From Cyanidioschyzon merolae (Eukaryota): a stretch of DNA of 64,000 nucleotides. The notes under the pieces are model-generated. The model saw only the letters and a list, made by a program, of their open reading frames with translations, was not told the origin of the DNA and searched no databases. The position numbers and the translations under genes are program-made. Shown piece by piece: positions 22,915 to 33,375 of the stretch; within the stretch, counting starts at the first letter, position 1, and every line of letters starts with the position of its first letter. The stretch lies in NCBI GenBank assembly GCA_000091205.1, contig AP006501.2. The stretch is one strand, 5' to 3'.

Positions 22915-25851
22915 ATGGACGACCAAGACAACGTCCCGCGGAAGGCACGGCGAACTGCGGCAGCGAGTGCTGACGACCGAGCCCAACCCAGCGGGAGCGT
23001 TGCAATCACAGATACGGACAACACCGGAAACACTACACCCAGCGCTCAAAGCGTAGATCTCTCAGAGAATCTCATGGACTCGATTCCTCGGCGAGAGAAA
23101 CAGCATATGGAAAAGCAGTCTGCTCCGGGTACCGCGGGTGCAGAAACGCTCGACTACGAGGTGCCGTTGGATAGCCCGTCGCTGCGCTGGCCAGAGAAGA
23201 CGCTCTCCAGCACACGAGCTCAAGAGCTAGAACGAACACTGGCGGCGGAGCCCTGGAACGCAGACGCCTGGATAGCGCTGGTAGAGGAGGCCCAGCGTCA
23301 CCCGCTGACGGAGGCCAAGGCGGTCTACGAACGCGCACTTCACCGGTTCCCGACAGGTGCACGCCTCTGGAAACTCTACCTTGAGCACCTCATTCGGGAA
23401 CAAGCCTTTCCTGAAGCCGAGAAGCGATTCGCTTACGCGCTTCCTCGCTGTTACAGTGTTGAGTTGTGCCAGCTCTATCTGCACTATCTGCGCACCGTAA
23501 AAAAGGCGCCTATCAGCGTTCTCATCGACGCGTTCGAGTATGTGACTGCGCTTTTGCCATACGAACCAGCAAGCGCAAGTCTCTGGAACGACTACATCGC
23601 GCTGCTAATGGCGGTGCCCATACGCAACGCTCATGATGGTGCACAGAGAAACCGCTTGTTGCGAAGCGTGTTGCAGCGAGCTGTGACCCTTCCGTTGCAC
23701 AACCTGGATGCGTTCTGGCGACAATTCGAGCAGTTTGAATCAAGTCAGGGAAAAAGCGGCTCCAGTCATGCATCCGTGGCGACACAACCTTTCCATGGGG
23801 CCTTTCTTCGGGCCCGAGCTGAGGCCCGTGGCCGACGAGCTCGCCGCGAGCACCTCCAGCTCCAGGCGCTGGCGGTTCCTCCGCGACGCGGAGCCGGCAT
23901 CATGGAACAAGCAAAGCGCTGGGCAAAGTACATCCGGGGCGAAGAGGCGAATCCGCACGAGCTCTCCGCTGCTGAACTAGAAGCGCGACTTCGATTCGCC
24001 CATGAGCAGCGGCTTGTCTACATGTATCGCATGCCGGACGCCTGGTTGGAGTATGCGCTCTATCTCGCACATCGCGATGACGGCAACCTGGTGCGCAGCT
24101 ACCCAGAGGCTATTGCGGTGCTGGAGCGAGCAGAACGTGCGCTTCCCGATTGCCTCCTAGTCTATTTCACCCTTGCCCGCCTTTACGAGGAGCTGGATGT
24201 TGAAATTGCTCGTATCGCCGGACAGCAGAAACGCAAGCGCGAGTATTTGCAGGAGGAAATAGAGAGACTCGGGGGATCTCGTCTCTCGAATGATGACGAA
24301 GCTGTGGGCGCTCCCGACGAGCGACCCAGTGACGCTGACCCCGACCAGAGCAACGGTGACGACACCGGCAGCGGCAGCCGCGAGTCGCACATAGCTTCCG
24401 CTCGGCAGTCTGGGTCGCCAAAGCATGGAAGCGGCGCCTCATTGGCGCCCAGCACCGATACAAAAACAGCAGCGACAGAGGCTCAGTCGGAAAGAGACGC
24501 ACCAGCAGCGTCCAAGTCTAGCGGTGCACCAGCGAGCACTGAAGCTGCCGCTACCGGCACCAAGGCGGATACGCACAGTGAAGGCATCGGCAGTCGAGCA
24601 ACCGCCGTCTACGAACGATTGCTTGCACGTGAAAATCTGGATGCAGTCCAACGCACTCATGCCTACATAGAGTACATGTGGTTTAGTCGACGTGTTCTCG
24701 GGGTGTCGGCTGCTCGGTCTATCTTCCGACGGGCGCGCCACGACCCTCGCTGTGCAGATATCGACGCGCTGCCCAACCTCTACCTCGCAGCAGCGACTCT
24801 AGAGACGTATTGCAATCACGAGTCGGGTGTTGCCAAACGTATTTTTGAGCTTGGACTGCGTCACTTGCCGGATTCGACGGAGATGGCGCTGTGCTATTTC
24901 GATTACCTGTGGCAGCGAAACGATGGCAATGAACTGCGCATGTTGATTGGGCGGCTCCTGCAGACAACGCTCCCAGACGATGCCAAGCTGCTGCTCTGTG
25001 ATCGCTGGTTGTCCTTTGAGGCACGCTACGGGAGCGGTGGACTGCAAGGTCTGCGCCTCGCTGAAGCCGAGCGAAAACGCCTGTTCAGCGAGCGGCAACC
25101 GTCGCGCCTCAATGACCTCCTGTTCTATACCTCGTTCCTGCAAAATGTTCCATTGAATGACGACGAACGGGCCCTCATCGAGCAAAACACCAGTGATTCC
25201 AAGTCGGGTTCGCTGGCGGAAGCGCCTCAACGGGACGCAGGTTTCGTCCCCGGCGGCATCATTCCATCCAGTGCGCTGCTCTACGCGCTCGGTTCGAATA
25301 GGCCACAGGCATCGTCCGCGCGTCGACCAGATGACGCAGTTATCGAAGCAGGGCAACCTGTACGCAAGGGAGCCGCTCGTGCCGAGCGAAAAGCACCATC
25401 GCCGGCTGTGGAGAACATCCCGGAGAAGCTGACGCTCGAGGAGGGTCTCGCACGCCTCGTGGGAGCACTGCCACCAGCGCTATTGCAGAGCGCCCCACCG
25501 AACCCCGACTTTGTAATCAGACATTTATTGCGGTTACCAGCGAGCTTTCAAGATCTTGCAGTCTTCAACGGCGGTCGCGAGCTCGACTCGAATGCCGCTG
25601 GACGTCGTCCAGGGCGGGACAAGGAGCGTCCAAGTCGCTCCAGTGGCGACACCTATCCGAGTCGCACTGCTGATGCGAGTCCTGTGCCATTCGCTGAAAG
25701 TCGCCTGTTTCAGCGGTTGCAGCGTGCTCGACAACAAACAAGTCGTGCTCCTCGACCGGACGCTTACGGCTCCGGGACAGACGCAGCGCCTGCTTCGATG
25801 CAAGCACCACCACCGACCCGCGATATCTATCGCAGTCGTCACCGGGGCTGA
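22915..25851 (+). CDS. cleavage stimulation factor subunit 3 (CstF-77 / Rna14 / Suppressor-of-forked) with HAT repeats, 978 aa from ATG 22915
   Basis: The HAT/TPR region aligns with CstF-77: WNADAWIALVEEAQRHPLTEAKAVYERALHRFPTGARLWKLYLEHLIREQAFPEAEKRF...LCQLYLHYLRTVKK, and this continues through the HAT repeats. The listed ORF begins at TTG 22321. The in-frame ATGs are at 22474, 22915 and 23074, and I chose 22915. The C-terminus is a long low-complexity tail. Confidence 0.8.
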   Translation: MDDQDNVPRKARRTAAASADDRAQPSGSVAITDTDNTGNTTPSAQSVDLSENLMDSIPRREKQHMEKQSAPGTAGAETLDYEVPLDSPSLRWPEKTLSSTRAQELERTLAAEPWNADAWIALVEEAQRHPLTEAKAVYERALHRFPTGARLWKLYLEHLIREQAFPEAEKRFAYALPRCYSVELCQLYLHYLRTVKKAPISVLIDAFEYVTALLPYEPASASLWNDYIALLMAVPIRNAHDGAQRNRLLRSVLQRAVTLPLHNLDAFWRQFEQFESSQGKSGSSHASVATQPFHGAFLRARAEARGRRARREHLQLQALAVPPRRGAGIMEQAKRWAKYIRGEEANPHELSAAELEARLRFAHEQRLVYMYRMPDAWLEYALYLAHRDDGNLVRSYPEAIAVLERAERALPDCLLVYFTLARLYEELDVEIARIAGQQKRKREYLQEEIERLGGSRLSNDDEAVGAPDERPSDADPDQSNGDDTGSGSRESHIASARQSGSPKHGSGASLAPSTDTKTAATEAQSERDAPAASKSSGAPASTEAAATGTKADTHSEGIGSRATAVYERLLARENLDAVQRTHAYIEYMWFSRRVLGVSAARSIFRRARHDPRCADIDALPNLYLAAATLETYCNHESGVAKRIFELGLRHLPDSTEMALCYFDYLWQRNDGNELRMLIGRLLQTTLPDDAKLLLCDRWLSFEARYGSGGLQGLRLAEAERKRLFSERQPSRLNDLLFYTSFLQNVPLNDDERALIEQNTSDSKSGSLAEAPQRDAGFVPGGIIPSSALLYALGSNRPQASSARRPDDAVIEAGQPVRKGAARAERKAPSPAVENIPEKLTLEEGLARLVGALPPALLQSAPPNPDFVIRHLLRLPASFQDLAVFNGGRELDSNAAGRRPGRDKERPSRSSGDTYPSRTADASPVPFAESRLFQRLQRARQQTSRAPRPDAYGSGTDAAPASMQAPPPTRDIYRSRHRG

Positions 25852-27007
25852 TGTCGTGCTTCGACCAGGGACCCGCTATGCTTGCTATCTTGTTGCTGGG
25901 GACATTTTACTGGGGCGCACACACACGCCCACACACAAACATATAGGTTCACCAAAGGACCCTGGGTGCCGGAAGCTGTGCGCCAACAAGCTGGTCACAG
26001 CACCAACAACATCAATATCAAAAATAGCTGCTGCTTTTGCTCGTTCCATTGACACGTTCGACAAAAGCGCGAGCAAGGTCCGCAGCATGTCGCCCGTAGC
26101 AACGAGAACACCCGAGAAAAGCCGTACGACGCACGGTGTTGCAGAGCGGCACGAAAACTGGTAAACGAGCCAACCGAAAGGCAGCGCTCTCTGACTCGAG
26201 CGTTGAACACGTAGACCTCTGCTCGGTTTCAGATGGCAGTAGTCGAACTCGTCAGAGACTCTGATCTCTTCTGAGTTTCCAGCTGCGACCTCAGTCGACG
26301 CGCCAGCCTCACATAGGGCTCGGTGGGGCTCGCACGCTGCTCCAAGCACTGCGCTTGGCACTGGAGCGCACCGGTCACTTCTGGTGTGCAGACGGCGTTA
26401 CCAGCCGGTGTCCGCCAAAGTTACAGACTGACCCTCTGAACCAGTCTCGTTTGATGGATGAGCACTCTAGATGTCAACAAACCTACGAGTTGCATACGAT
26501 CGTGCAGCACGGGAACGCCAACACTCACTGAACGCACCTCCGTCACTTGTTGCGAGCAGCAGTGCCGAGTGTACTCCAGATTCTTAACCTCATCAAAGTG
26601 CACAAGACCTTTCACCCAATCTAAACCAGTGTCTCTGTTATGGGACTCAAACACCGTTCAGGTCGCTAGCAGCGTGTCCTTGGACAGCGTCCCGCAGCAC
26701 CTCCTTCTTCCAACCCTGGACGGGCGTTATGGCTTGCTGCCCAACGCTAGCCGATACACGACTGACCAGAAGCAGCGCACCTGTTGTTGCACCGCTGGCT
26801 TTGGCTAGTGAGCGCAGATCCCAGGTCAGGAGGTTTGTGCGAGCTTCATCTAGATAGCTGGTGACGTGTACGTGACCTGTCCTAGTCGCAAGTTCCCGCC
26901 GTTTTGGAGCAGAGGTTCCAGTCGCTGTGTGCAGGCGTCCAGGACGTCGACCTGCAGTGCAGGCGCCAGGAGCAGCGAGCGCTCCAAAAGAACTACGGGA
27001 AGCGTTG

Positions 27008-27880
27008 ATGGAGCTTGCATCACCAACGTACTTGCCGGAAGAAGACACCAGGAATGAGGATGATGACCTTGATGGTGACGAAGGAACAACCCTTGAACGG
27101 GGCGTCGATTTACCGGCACCGCCACTTCCTCGTGCGACGTACTGGCTTCGTGGCTCTTGGCGATCGGTGCTGGGAGATGCGCCCTTCGGGGACGCGTGGC
27201 TTGCTGAGTGGAGTGCCTGGGCCGCAGCTCCCACAGCAGCGACACCGGCTCCACCGGGAACTTCAGCAGCACTGCCAGCGCAACCGCCCTCGACAGAGGA
27301 AAAGCCGCCTGCCGCTGGAGCATCGGCGTCGGCATTGGCAGCAGCAGCAGCAGCAGCAGTGGACGCTACCAGCCCGGAACGACTGGTCCAAGAGGCACGT
27401 TCGCTGTTGCGAGCGTGGTTTCAAGAGTATCGACACGGCCTTGAGCTTTTAGAAGAGACGCGTACTCCATCACCGGACGCTCGCCAGGCGCTGCACCAGA
27501 CATGGACTTTATGCGACGGCATGCTTCGGGCTCTCGTGCAGCGCTTGAACGCGCTTCGTGCCTGGCAGGCAGCGCTCCAGCTCGTATACCTGTCCATGGA
27601 TCAAGTCGAGGCTATGCGTCACCAAGTGGAAAAGATTCGATACGAGCGTGCGCAAAGAGCTGCATCCACATGCGCCGGGGACCAGCAAGTCTCCATAGCA
27701 GCCGCCGCTGACGAAGCACAGACAACGTGCGCAAACGTCTGCCAGCAGCAAGCCGTGCTCCATGAGCAAGCACCAGTGGCGAAAAACGCGGCAACAGAGG
27801 CGTTGCTCGCAACCGCCGAGTTGCGAATGATCGAGAAGCTGCAAGAGATTGCTCGTCAGTTTCCAGATGTAACCGAATGA
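27008..27880 (+). CDS. hypothetical Ala-rich / coiled-coil protein (290 aa)
   Basis: The ORF 26927-27880 starts at GTG, with the first ATG at 27008. It has an acidic N-terminus, a poly-Ala tract and a helical C-terminal half, and no recognised family. Its 3' end overlaps the 3' end of the convergent condensin gene by 25 nt. Confidence 0.3.
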   Translation: MELASPTYLPEEDTRNEDDDLDGDEGTTLERGVDLPAPPLPRATYWLRGSWRSVLGDAPFGDAWLAEWSAWAAAPTAATPAPPGTSAALPAQPPSTEEKPPAAGASASALAAAAAAAVDATSPERLVQEARSLLRAWFQEYRHGLELLEETRTPSPDARQALHQTWTLCDGMLRALVQRLNALRAWQAALQLVYLSMDQVEAMRHQVEKIRYERAQRAASTCAGDQQVSIAAAADEAQTTCANVCQQQAVLHEQAPVAKNAATEALLATAELRMIEKLQEIARQFPDVTE

Positions 27881-30849
27881 CCAGAATAGGGCGAGCAAGA
27901 GCCAGCACGCGGTATGGATGCAGTTTCGTTTGAGGCGACATTCCCCGCACAGACACTAGATGCGGAACAGTCGTGAGGGGTATCGTCCAGCGATTCACTG
28001 CATCCAGCGGTTGCCAAGAGCTCCCGAATTCGGTTCTCAAAGCGGTCCAAGAGTCGCCTGAGCAGAGCGCTCACCGGCTCTGTCATGGCACTCTGCACGA
28101 GACGTTCCACGGTCGCCACGGTCTGTAACGAATCAGTGTCGGATAGGACCTGTGGTAGCACCAGATGCTGCAGCAGCCGAGCACAAGCGATGGCAAACTC
28201 GGAACGAGGCTCCACGAGGATCTCGTTCAGCATTGCGATTGCTAGTCGGAGGTGGACGTTTCCGTCACCAGCAACGGTGGCTGTTTGACCCTGCGCTCCA
28301 GCGTGGATGCGTTGTTCGGATTCAGTGCTCAGCGCCCGATACGGATCGAGCAGAAACAGCAGGTACTGGCCAGCCTGCACTGGCGAAACAGTGGCCAGCG
28401 GATTGTCTTTGGGACTTTTCACGAGCACGCGCAAAGTCGGTAGGAACGCGTGCTCGAAGGCGTAGCGATGCTCTGGGTCACCTGTGAGGCAGATAGCTGG
28501 GAAGAAGACTGCTAGACACTGTCTTAGAGCGACGTTATCCGCTGTGGATGGTGTGAAGAACAAAAGGAGGAGCCGCTTGATGAGCTCCGCATCGGGCGCG
28601 AGACGCCGCAAAAAGATAAGCTTTGCAAAGCCCTCGACCACCGTTCCCTGGAGGGCGTCTGTATCCGCTGCAGTGAGCAGGCTGCACAGCCTATCCAGGA
28701 GCACTTGGCGGGGACTCGTCGTCGTCGTCGTCTCGAGGACGGCAGTGCTGGATTCTCCTGAGATTTCGGAGCAGTCTGGTGCTGTGCCCTCTTCGGAAGC
28801 GTGGGTGCACAGCCAATCGAAGAGCGCTCGCAAGGCAGCCAGACGCACCGCCTCGACGTCATGTTCAGCGACGTGGAGCAGGAGCAGCGAATGCTGCATC
28901 GACAGCTGACCGCTTCGGTCTATGAGCCCCGCCAGACCGAGGACGCGCATAGCGGTTAAGCGTTGGGAACTGTCCTCACTCGTGACATGGTGCAAGGTGC
29001 AAACCGACAGAAGCGTTACCAGCAGGGGCATGAACGTCTGCACAATGGCATTCAAGTCCCTGGACAAGACGCTGCGGGCGTTTGCGGCCTGGGAATGGCG
29101 AAGCAGGTGTCGTTGCTCGAGGCCGCTCTGATACCGGAGCAGTGCCTGTAGAAGCGCTTCAGAGAGCGCCAAGCAGGAGTGTTTTCCGGTGACATCGGGG
29201 TCCTCGTCGGCCTCGGCGGTGCTATGCAGCCCCGCTACAAGTTCTGTCACCAGACGAGTCGTTTCCTGAACGTTTGCTTGCGCACGAAACAGAACTTCGA
29301 GCGCCAACTGGAGCTCCTCTGGACCGAGTCTTGGCGAGCGAATCAGGGCTTCCATCGTTCGTAAGAGCAAGCGGCGCCCTGCTTCATCGCTCATGTCCAG
29401 GGTCCGAAGCACCTTCAACAGCATTCGCACGACGAAGGCGTACGACCGAGGCTCCGCAGCATCGCGCGCTGTTTCAGAAGCACGGCAGACACTCGTTGAG
29501 CAGGGCGAATGCGCAGCGTGCATCCCCAAAGGACTAGTGTCGACAACCTCCGTACGGGCATGTTGGTGGTAGTAGTCCAGTGCTGCGCAGAGATCGGTGA
29601 TGCACGGCAACAAGCTGGCTGCCAACTGGGGCCAGAGGGAGCGCTCCAGGTTGCGTGCTTTCCAGGCAGTGATCTGTGCACAGACGTAGGCGACTGCTGC
29701 TCGTTCTGCGTTCAACTCATTCAGATCTATCTGCGACACGGATTGCTCGATCTGTTCTTCAGTACTTTGGCAACTAGACTGCACTTCGGCTGCGAAACGA
29801 CGAACCAGTCGGAAACAGTCGGCATCCGGACAACTGACAAGCATCTGAACAAGCGCTGGTAAAACCGGCGTCTCGTGTACCTCGACATCGAGGAGCTGCA
29901 GCAGGTCGGTTAAGCGGCCTTTGCAGACGCATTCCAGCCATGATTTCCGCAGCATCTCTTCGAGACACGCTTTCTTCACTTCCATGCTGCGATCGGAGAG
30001 GCCACAGCGGAGCAGTTCCACCCGCTGCGCAATGCTCAACATCTTTGGGTTGACACGCTGCGCGAAAATCTTCTGGTATACCAAGAGCCGGATACTAGCG
30101 TCTACATCCCTGGCCCGCGATACGACTGCGTCTACCAGCGATGGATGCAATGCGGTCGCGAGCTGGAGAAGCGCTGCTTTGCGTACCGAAGCGCTCGGGT
30201 CACGACTGACGAGCCGTTCGAACACACCAAGCAACTCTTCATCCAATGTTTGTACCTGACGGAGGTGCAGGGTGTGCAACGCAATCAAAGCCTGGGCTCG
30301 CACGACGGGGACACGGTCACGTGTACGCTCGAGCAGCGCCCGCGAGACCTTGGTCATGCTGGCGCGGTCGTGGGAAAGCCACTCGCCCACGTGCTGTACG
30401 ATAGAGATAATGGCTTGGCAGCTTCTATATCGCACTGCCTTATCTTGAGCTGCAAGTAAACGAGTGAAGAACGTGAGCATTTCTTTAACAAAGTCCACGC
30501 CGCCCGGGATATTCTCCTTGTCTCGGGGTTCATCCGTTGGACGTTCCTTCGACGTTTGAAGAGCTAGCGTTCCGATCAAGTCGAAAATCCGCTCAACCCT
30601 GGTATCCTTGTTGTAGACGACCAGGCACCGCTTCAAGAGCTCAAACAATACACATAAACTGCCTGTTGCGTCCACGTCCCAGACCGCCTTCAAAGCCTGG
30701 GAGCTGTCTCGTGTACTGCTATCACTGAGGGTCACCGTCTCCAGAACCTGGATGATGCGCTCCCTCAAGGCCTCATTAGCAGCACGCTCCGTAGGCGCCG
30801 ATGTCGAGCGCGCAGCGGTTGCCGCAACCCGCGAGCTTAGGCGAGCCAT
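27856..30849 (-). CDS. condensin complex subunit 3 (CAP-G / Cnd3 / Ycg1), HEAT-repeat protein, 997 aa
   Basis: ATG verified at 30847-30849. It aligns with NCAPG across the conserved HEAT blocks (AVRYRSCQAIISIV...; SIAQRVELLRCGLSDRSMEVKKACLEEMLRKSWLE against human SIAQRVMLLQQGLNDRSDAVKQAMQKHLLQGWLR; VEGFAKLIFLRRL...LRQCLAVFFPAIC...FEHAFLPTL). Confidence 0.88.
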   Translation of the reverse strand: MARLSSRVAATAARSTSAPTERAANEALRERIIQVLETVTLSDSSTRDSSQALKAVWDVDATGSLCVLFELLKRCLVVYNKDTRVERIFDLIGTLALQTSKERPTDEPRDKENIPGGVDFVKEMLTFFTRLLAAQDKAVRYRSCQAIISIVQHVGEWLSHDRASMTKVSRALLERTRDRVPVVRAQALIALHTLHLRQVQTLDEELLGVFERLVSRDPSASVRKAALLQLATALHPSLVDAVVSRARDVDASIRLLVYQKIFAQRVNPKMLSIAQRVELLRCGLSDRSMEVKKACLEEMLRKSWLECVCKGRLTDLLQLLDVEVHETPVLPALVQMLVSCPDADCFRLVRRFAAEVQSSCQSTEEQIEQSVSQIDLNELNAERAAVAYVCAQITAWKARNLERSLWPQLAASLLPCITDLCAALDYYHQHARTEVVDTSPLGMHAAHSPCSTSVCRASETARDAAEPRSYAFVVRMLLKVLRTLDMSDEAGRRLLLRTMEALIRSPRLGPEELQLALEVLFRAQANVQETTRLVTELVAGLHSTAEADEDPDVTGKHSCLALSEALLQALLRYQSGLEQRHLLRHSQAANARSVLSRDLNAIVQTFMPLLVTLLSVCTLHHVTSEDSSQRLTAMRVLGLAGLIDRSGQLSMQHSLLLLHVAEHDVEAVRLAALRALFDWLCTHASEEGTAPDCSEISGESSTAVLETTTTTSPRQVLLDRLCSLLTAADTDALQGTVVEGFAKLIFLRRLAPDAELIKRLLLLFFTPSTADNVALRQCLAVFFPAICLTGDPEHRYAFEHAFLPTLRVLVKSPKDNPLATVSPVQAGQYLLFLLDPYRALSTESEQRIHAGAQGQTATVAGDGNVHLRLAIAMLNEILVEPRSEFAIACARLLQHLVLPQVLSDTDSLQTVATVERLVQSAMTEPVSALLRRLLDRFENRIRELLATAGCSESLDDTPHDCSASSVCAGNVASNETASIPRAGSCSPYSGHSVTSGN

Positions 30850-31824
30850 CGGTACGCAATGTGTCGCTCACTGGCACTTCTGGGTGTCCGGAACTAGTGT
30901 GCAACTTTGACAGCAAGCCGCGCCCCGAGACTCTCGGTACCCTGCTCTCGAACAGTGACAAGTCCGAGAAGCGCTGTAGCTGTTCTAGGTCACGCGATGC
31001 GAAGTGTACGGTGGCTCGGTGCTGCTGCACCCTAACGCGCGTCAGCGTCATCCGGCGGCAGGCACCGCGTAGCGCTTCCGTCGATCTCGAGCGGGAATTC
31101 AAATCGACGTGGTCGACATGGGAGCATCCGATCACTTGTAGAAATATATGGAAATCTTTGAACTAATCGTAACGCTCGATGCGCCCGTCGATCTTCCTGT
31201 CGTGCGTGCGTCTGGGGCGCATCGCTGGGGCGAGCGCCGCGCGTGCTGTCTGAAAAACCGTGGAATGCGCCACGTAACACTTTGGACGATTTTAGGTTTC
31301 GGCTGTACGGCCAGTCTGGAACGCTCCTCCTAAGAAGGAGAGGCTCGCTGTATTCAGCGACTTGTGTATTCGTGCGTCGAACGTGCCGCAGGCGCCTCAA
31401 GGGGGCAAGGAGTTGCGTATAATACACCCAGCGGGTGTCTATGTGAGGTGTGATGCAGCGCTAATGAGCCTTGGTAGCGCGTCGGCATGACGTACGGGCC
31501 TTGGTGCCTTCGGAAGTTGCCCGCTTGGTCGCTCCGTGCGCCGTTTCGGTACCGTGTGTCGGGCATGCCGCGCTCGCTTCCAAACCGACACAGGCGCGTC
31601 GCTATCGGGATTCACGCACCGTGTGGTCGATTGGGCATCGGGTCGATCTATGATGATGCTAGGTGCGTTTCCAGGGAGCCTAGCGATTTGATCGCGACCT
31701 AATCTAGCCAGACGTTCGATTGTCCGCTGATTCTACGCAAGCTTGTATACGCAGCATGGATTGGCACATCATCGTAGGTGCGGTCGCAGCCGCGTTGCTG
31801 TCCCTGTGCAGGGTCCGTGTCCTC

Positions 31825-33375
31825 TCAGGTTGTGTATTCGGCATTGATTCGCACGTAATCGTAGCTGAGGTCGCATCCCCATGCTAGCCCCATGCCGGGT
31901 CCTTGTCCGACCCGGATTTCGAACGTCACCGTATCAGCAGCGGTGTTGTAGGTTTCGGCGTTCTTGCCAGCGGCCGCGGCATCAGCAAGGTATCTACGCG
32001 CAGCCTCGGCGTCGTAGGGCACCGGTTGACCCGCAGTCATTAGCTGATGCGGTCCGAGCGCGATCTCCAGATGCATTGGGTCGAATGGAACGCCAGCCCG
32101 GCCTAGGGCCGCAGCAACCCGTCCCCAGTTCGGGTCTTTTCCGAAGACAGCAGCTTTGCACAGCGCTGAGCTCGCGACGCAACGAGCCAGTTGCCTCGCC
32201 TCTGCGTCGGAGCGGGCACCACTAACGCGCACCTCCAGCAGAACATTGGCGCCTTCTCCGTCACGCGCAATCGCCTTGGCGCAGTGCTGCAAAACTGCAG
32301 TTAACAAATCCCGTATCACTCGGTACTCTATACTCCGTTCATCGTCGGGAATCGAGACACCAGCTGCACCATTCGCAAGTCCAAGCAGCGTATCATTCGT
32401 GCTGGTGTCGCCGTCAACTGTGATCTGGTTAAAAGACTGGTCTGCAGCATTCCGGAGTAGCTTCTGCCACGTAGTGCTCTTCATTTCCGCATCTGTTGTG
32501 GCAAATGCAAGCATGGTCGCCATATTTGGGTGGATCATGCCGCTGCCTTTGGCCATGGCACCGACTCGTATCCGCCTTCCGTCCGGCATGAACGCTTCGC
32601 CGGCGATGTGCTTCGGAACAAGATCCGTCGTCATGATCGCCCGAGCAGCAAGCGTACCGCCTATGGAGGACGCATCCGCACGGCTCACTAGTTCGACAAT
32701 TCGTGGCACTGCGTCAAGCAGCAAATCCATAGGAATGCGCTTGCCGATGACGCCCGTAGAGGCAAGAAGCACAGCGGCCGGTGATATTTTCAACGATCTC
32801 GCCACCGCTTCGGCAGTCTGCTGGGCATCGATGTCACCGGCAGTGCCCGTTGCAGCGTTCGCCTGACCAGAGTTGATCAGAATTGCCTGCACCCGCTGAT
32901 CCGCTTGCGCCAACTGCGCTCGACAAAAGCGAACAGGCGCAGCGGCAAGAACTGACTGCGTGAAGACCCCTGCTGCAATACACGGCAGCGGAGAGTAGAG
33001 AAGCGCCAGATCGGGCGCGCCACTTGGTTTCAAACCAGCTGCCATCGCTGCCGCCCGGAACCCTTCCGGTGTCGTTACCGAGCCGTCTCGCAGGAACCGA
33101 AACGACTCATGCAAGGCCGGCTCTACTCGCTGTTGCAAGCACAAGCGCTGCGGTGGTAGAAGCCCGCGTCTGATGTATGAAAGGTTCCGAGCAGGCGCAA
33201 GTTTTCGGTGGTATTGGATGAATCGCGGCTCGGCTTGGACGAAACGTCTTTGGAAAGCAGGCACGGGGCTAACCACGAACGCCATCGAACCAGAAACACC
33301 ATAGTACCGTTCGCGATCGAATCCAGCTGTCTCTGCGGAAGTGGACCGGTACGGCCTAAACACCAGATCGCACAT
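31825..33375 (-). CDS. argJ: arginine biosynthesis bifunctional protein ArgJ (glutamate N-acetyltransferase / ornithine acetyltransferase) with N-terminal organellar presequence, 516 aa
   Basis: The listed ORF starts at GTG 33450, with the first ATG at 33373-33375. The ArgJ core is present (GFRAAAMAAGLKPSGAPDLALLYS, ...TMLAFATTDAEM..., ITVDGDTSTNDT). The protein runs about 120 aa longer than ArgJ at its N-terminus, and that extra stretch is Arg-rich. Confidence 0.88.
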   Translation of the reverse strand: MCDLVFRPYRSTSAETAGFDRERYYGVSGSMAFVVSPVPAFQRRFVQAEPRFIQYHRKLAPARNLSYIRRGLLPPQRLCLQQRVEPALHESFRFLRDGSVTTPEGFRAAAMAAGLKPSGAPDLALLYSPLPCIAAGVFTQSVLAAAPVRFCRAQLAQADQRVQAILINSGQANAATGTAGDIDAQQTAEAVARSLKISPAAVLLASTGVIGKRIPMDLLLDAVPRIVELVSRADASSIGGTLAARAIMTTDLVPKHIAGEAFMPDGRRIRVGAMAKGSGMIHPNMATMLAFATTDAEMKSTTWQKLLRNAADQSFNQITVDGDTSTNDTLLGLANGAAGVSIPDDERSIEYRVIRDLLTAVLQHCAKAIARDGEGANVLLEVRVSGARSDAEARQLARCVASSALCKAAVFGKDPNWGRVAAALGRAGVPFDPMHLEIALGPHQLMTAGQPVPYDAEAARRYLADAAAAGKNAETYNTAADTVTFEIRVGQGPGMGLAWGCDLSYDYVRINAEYTT

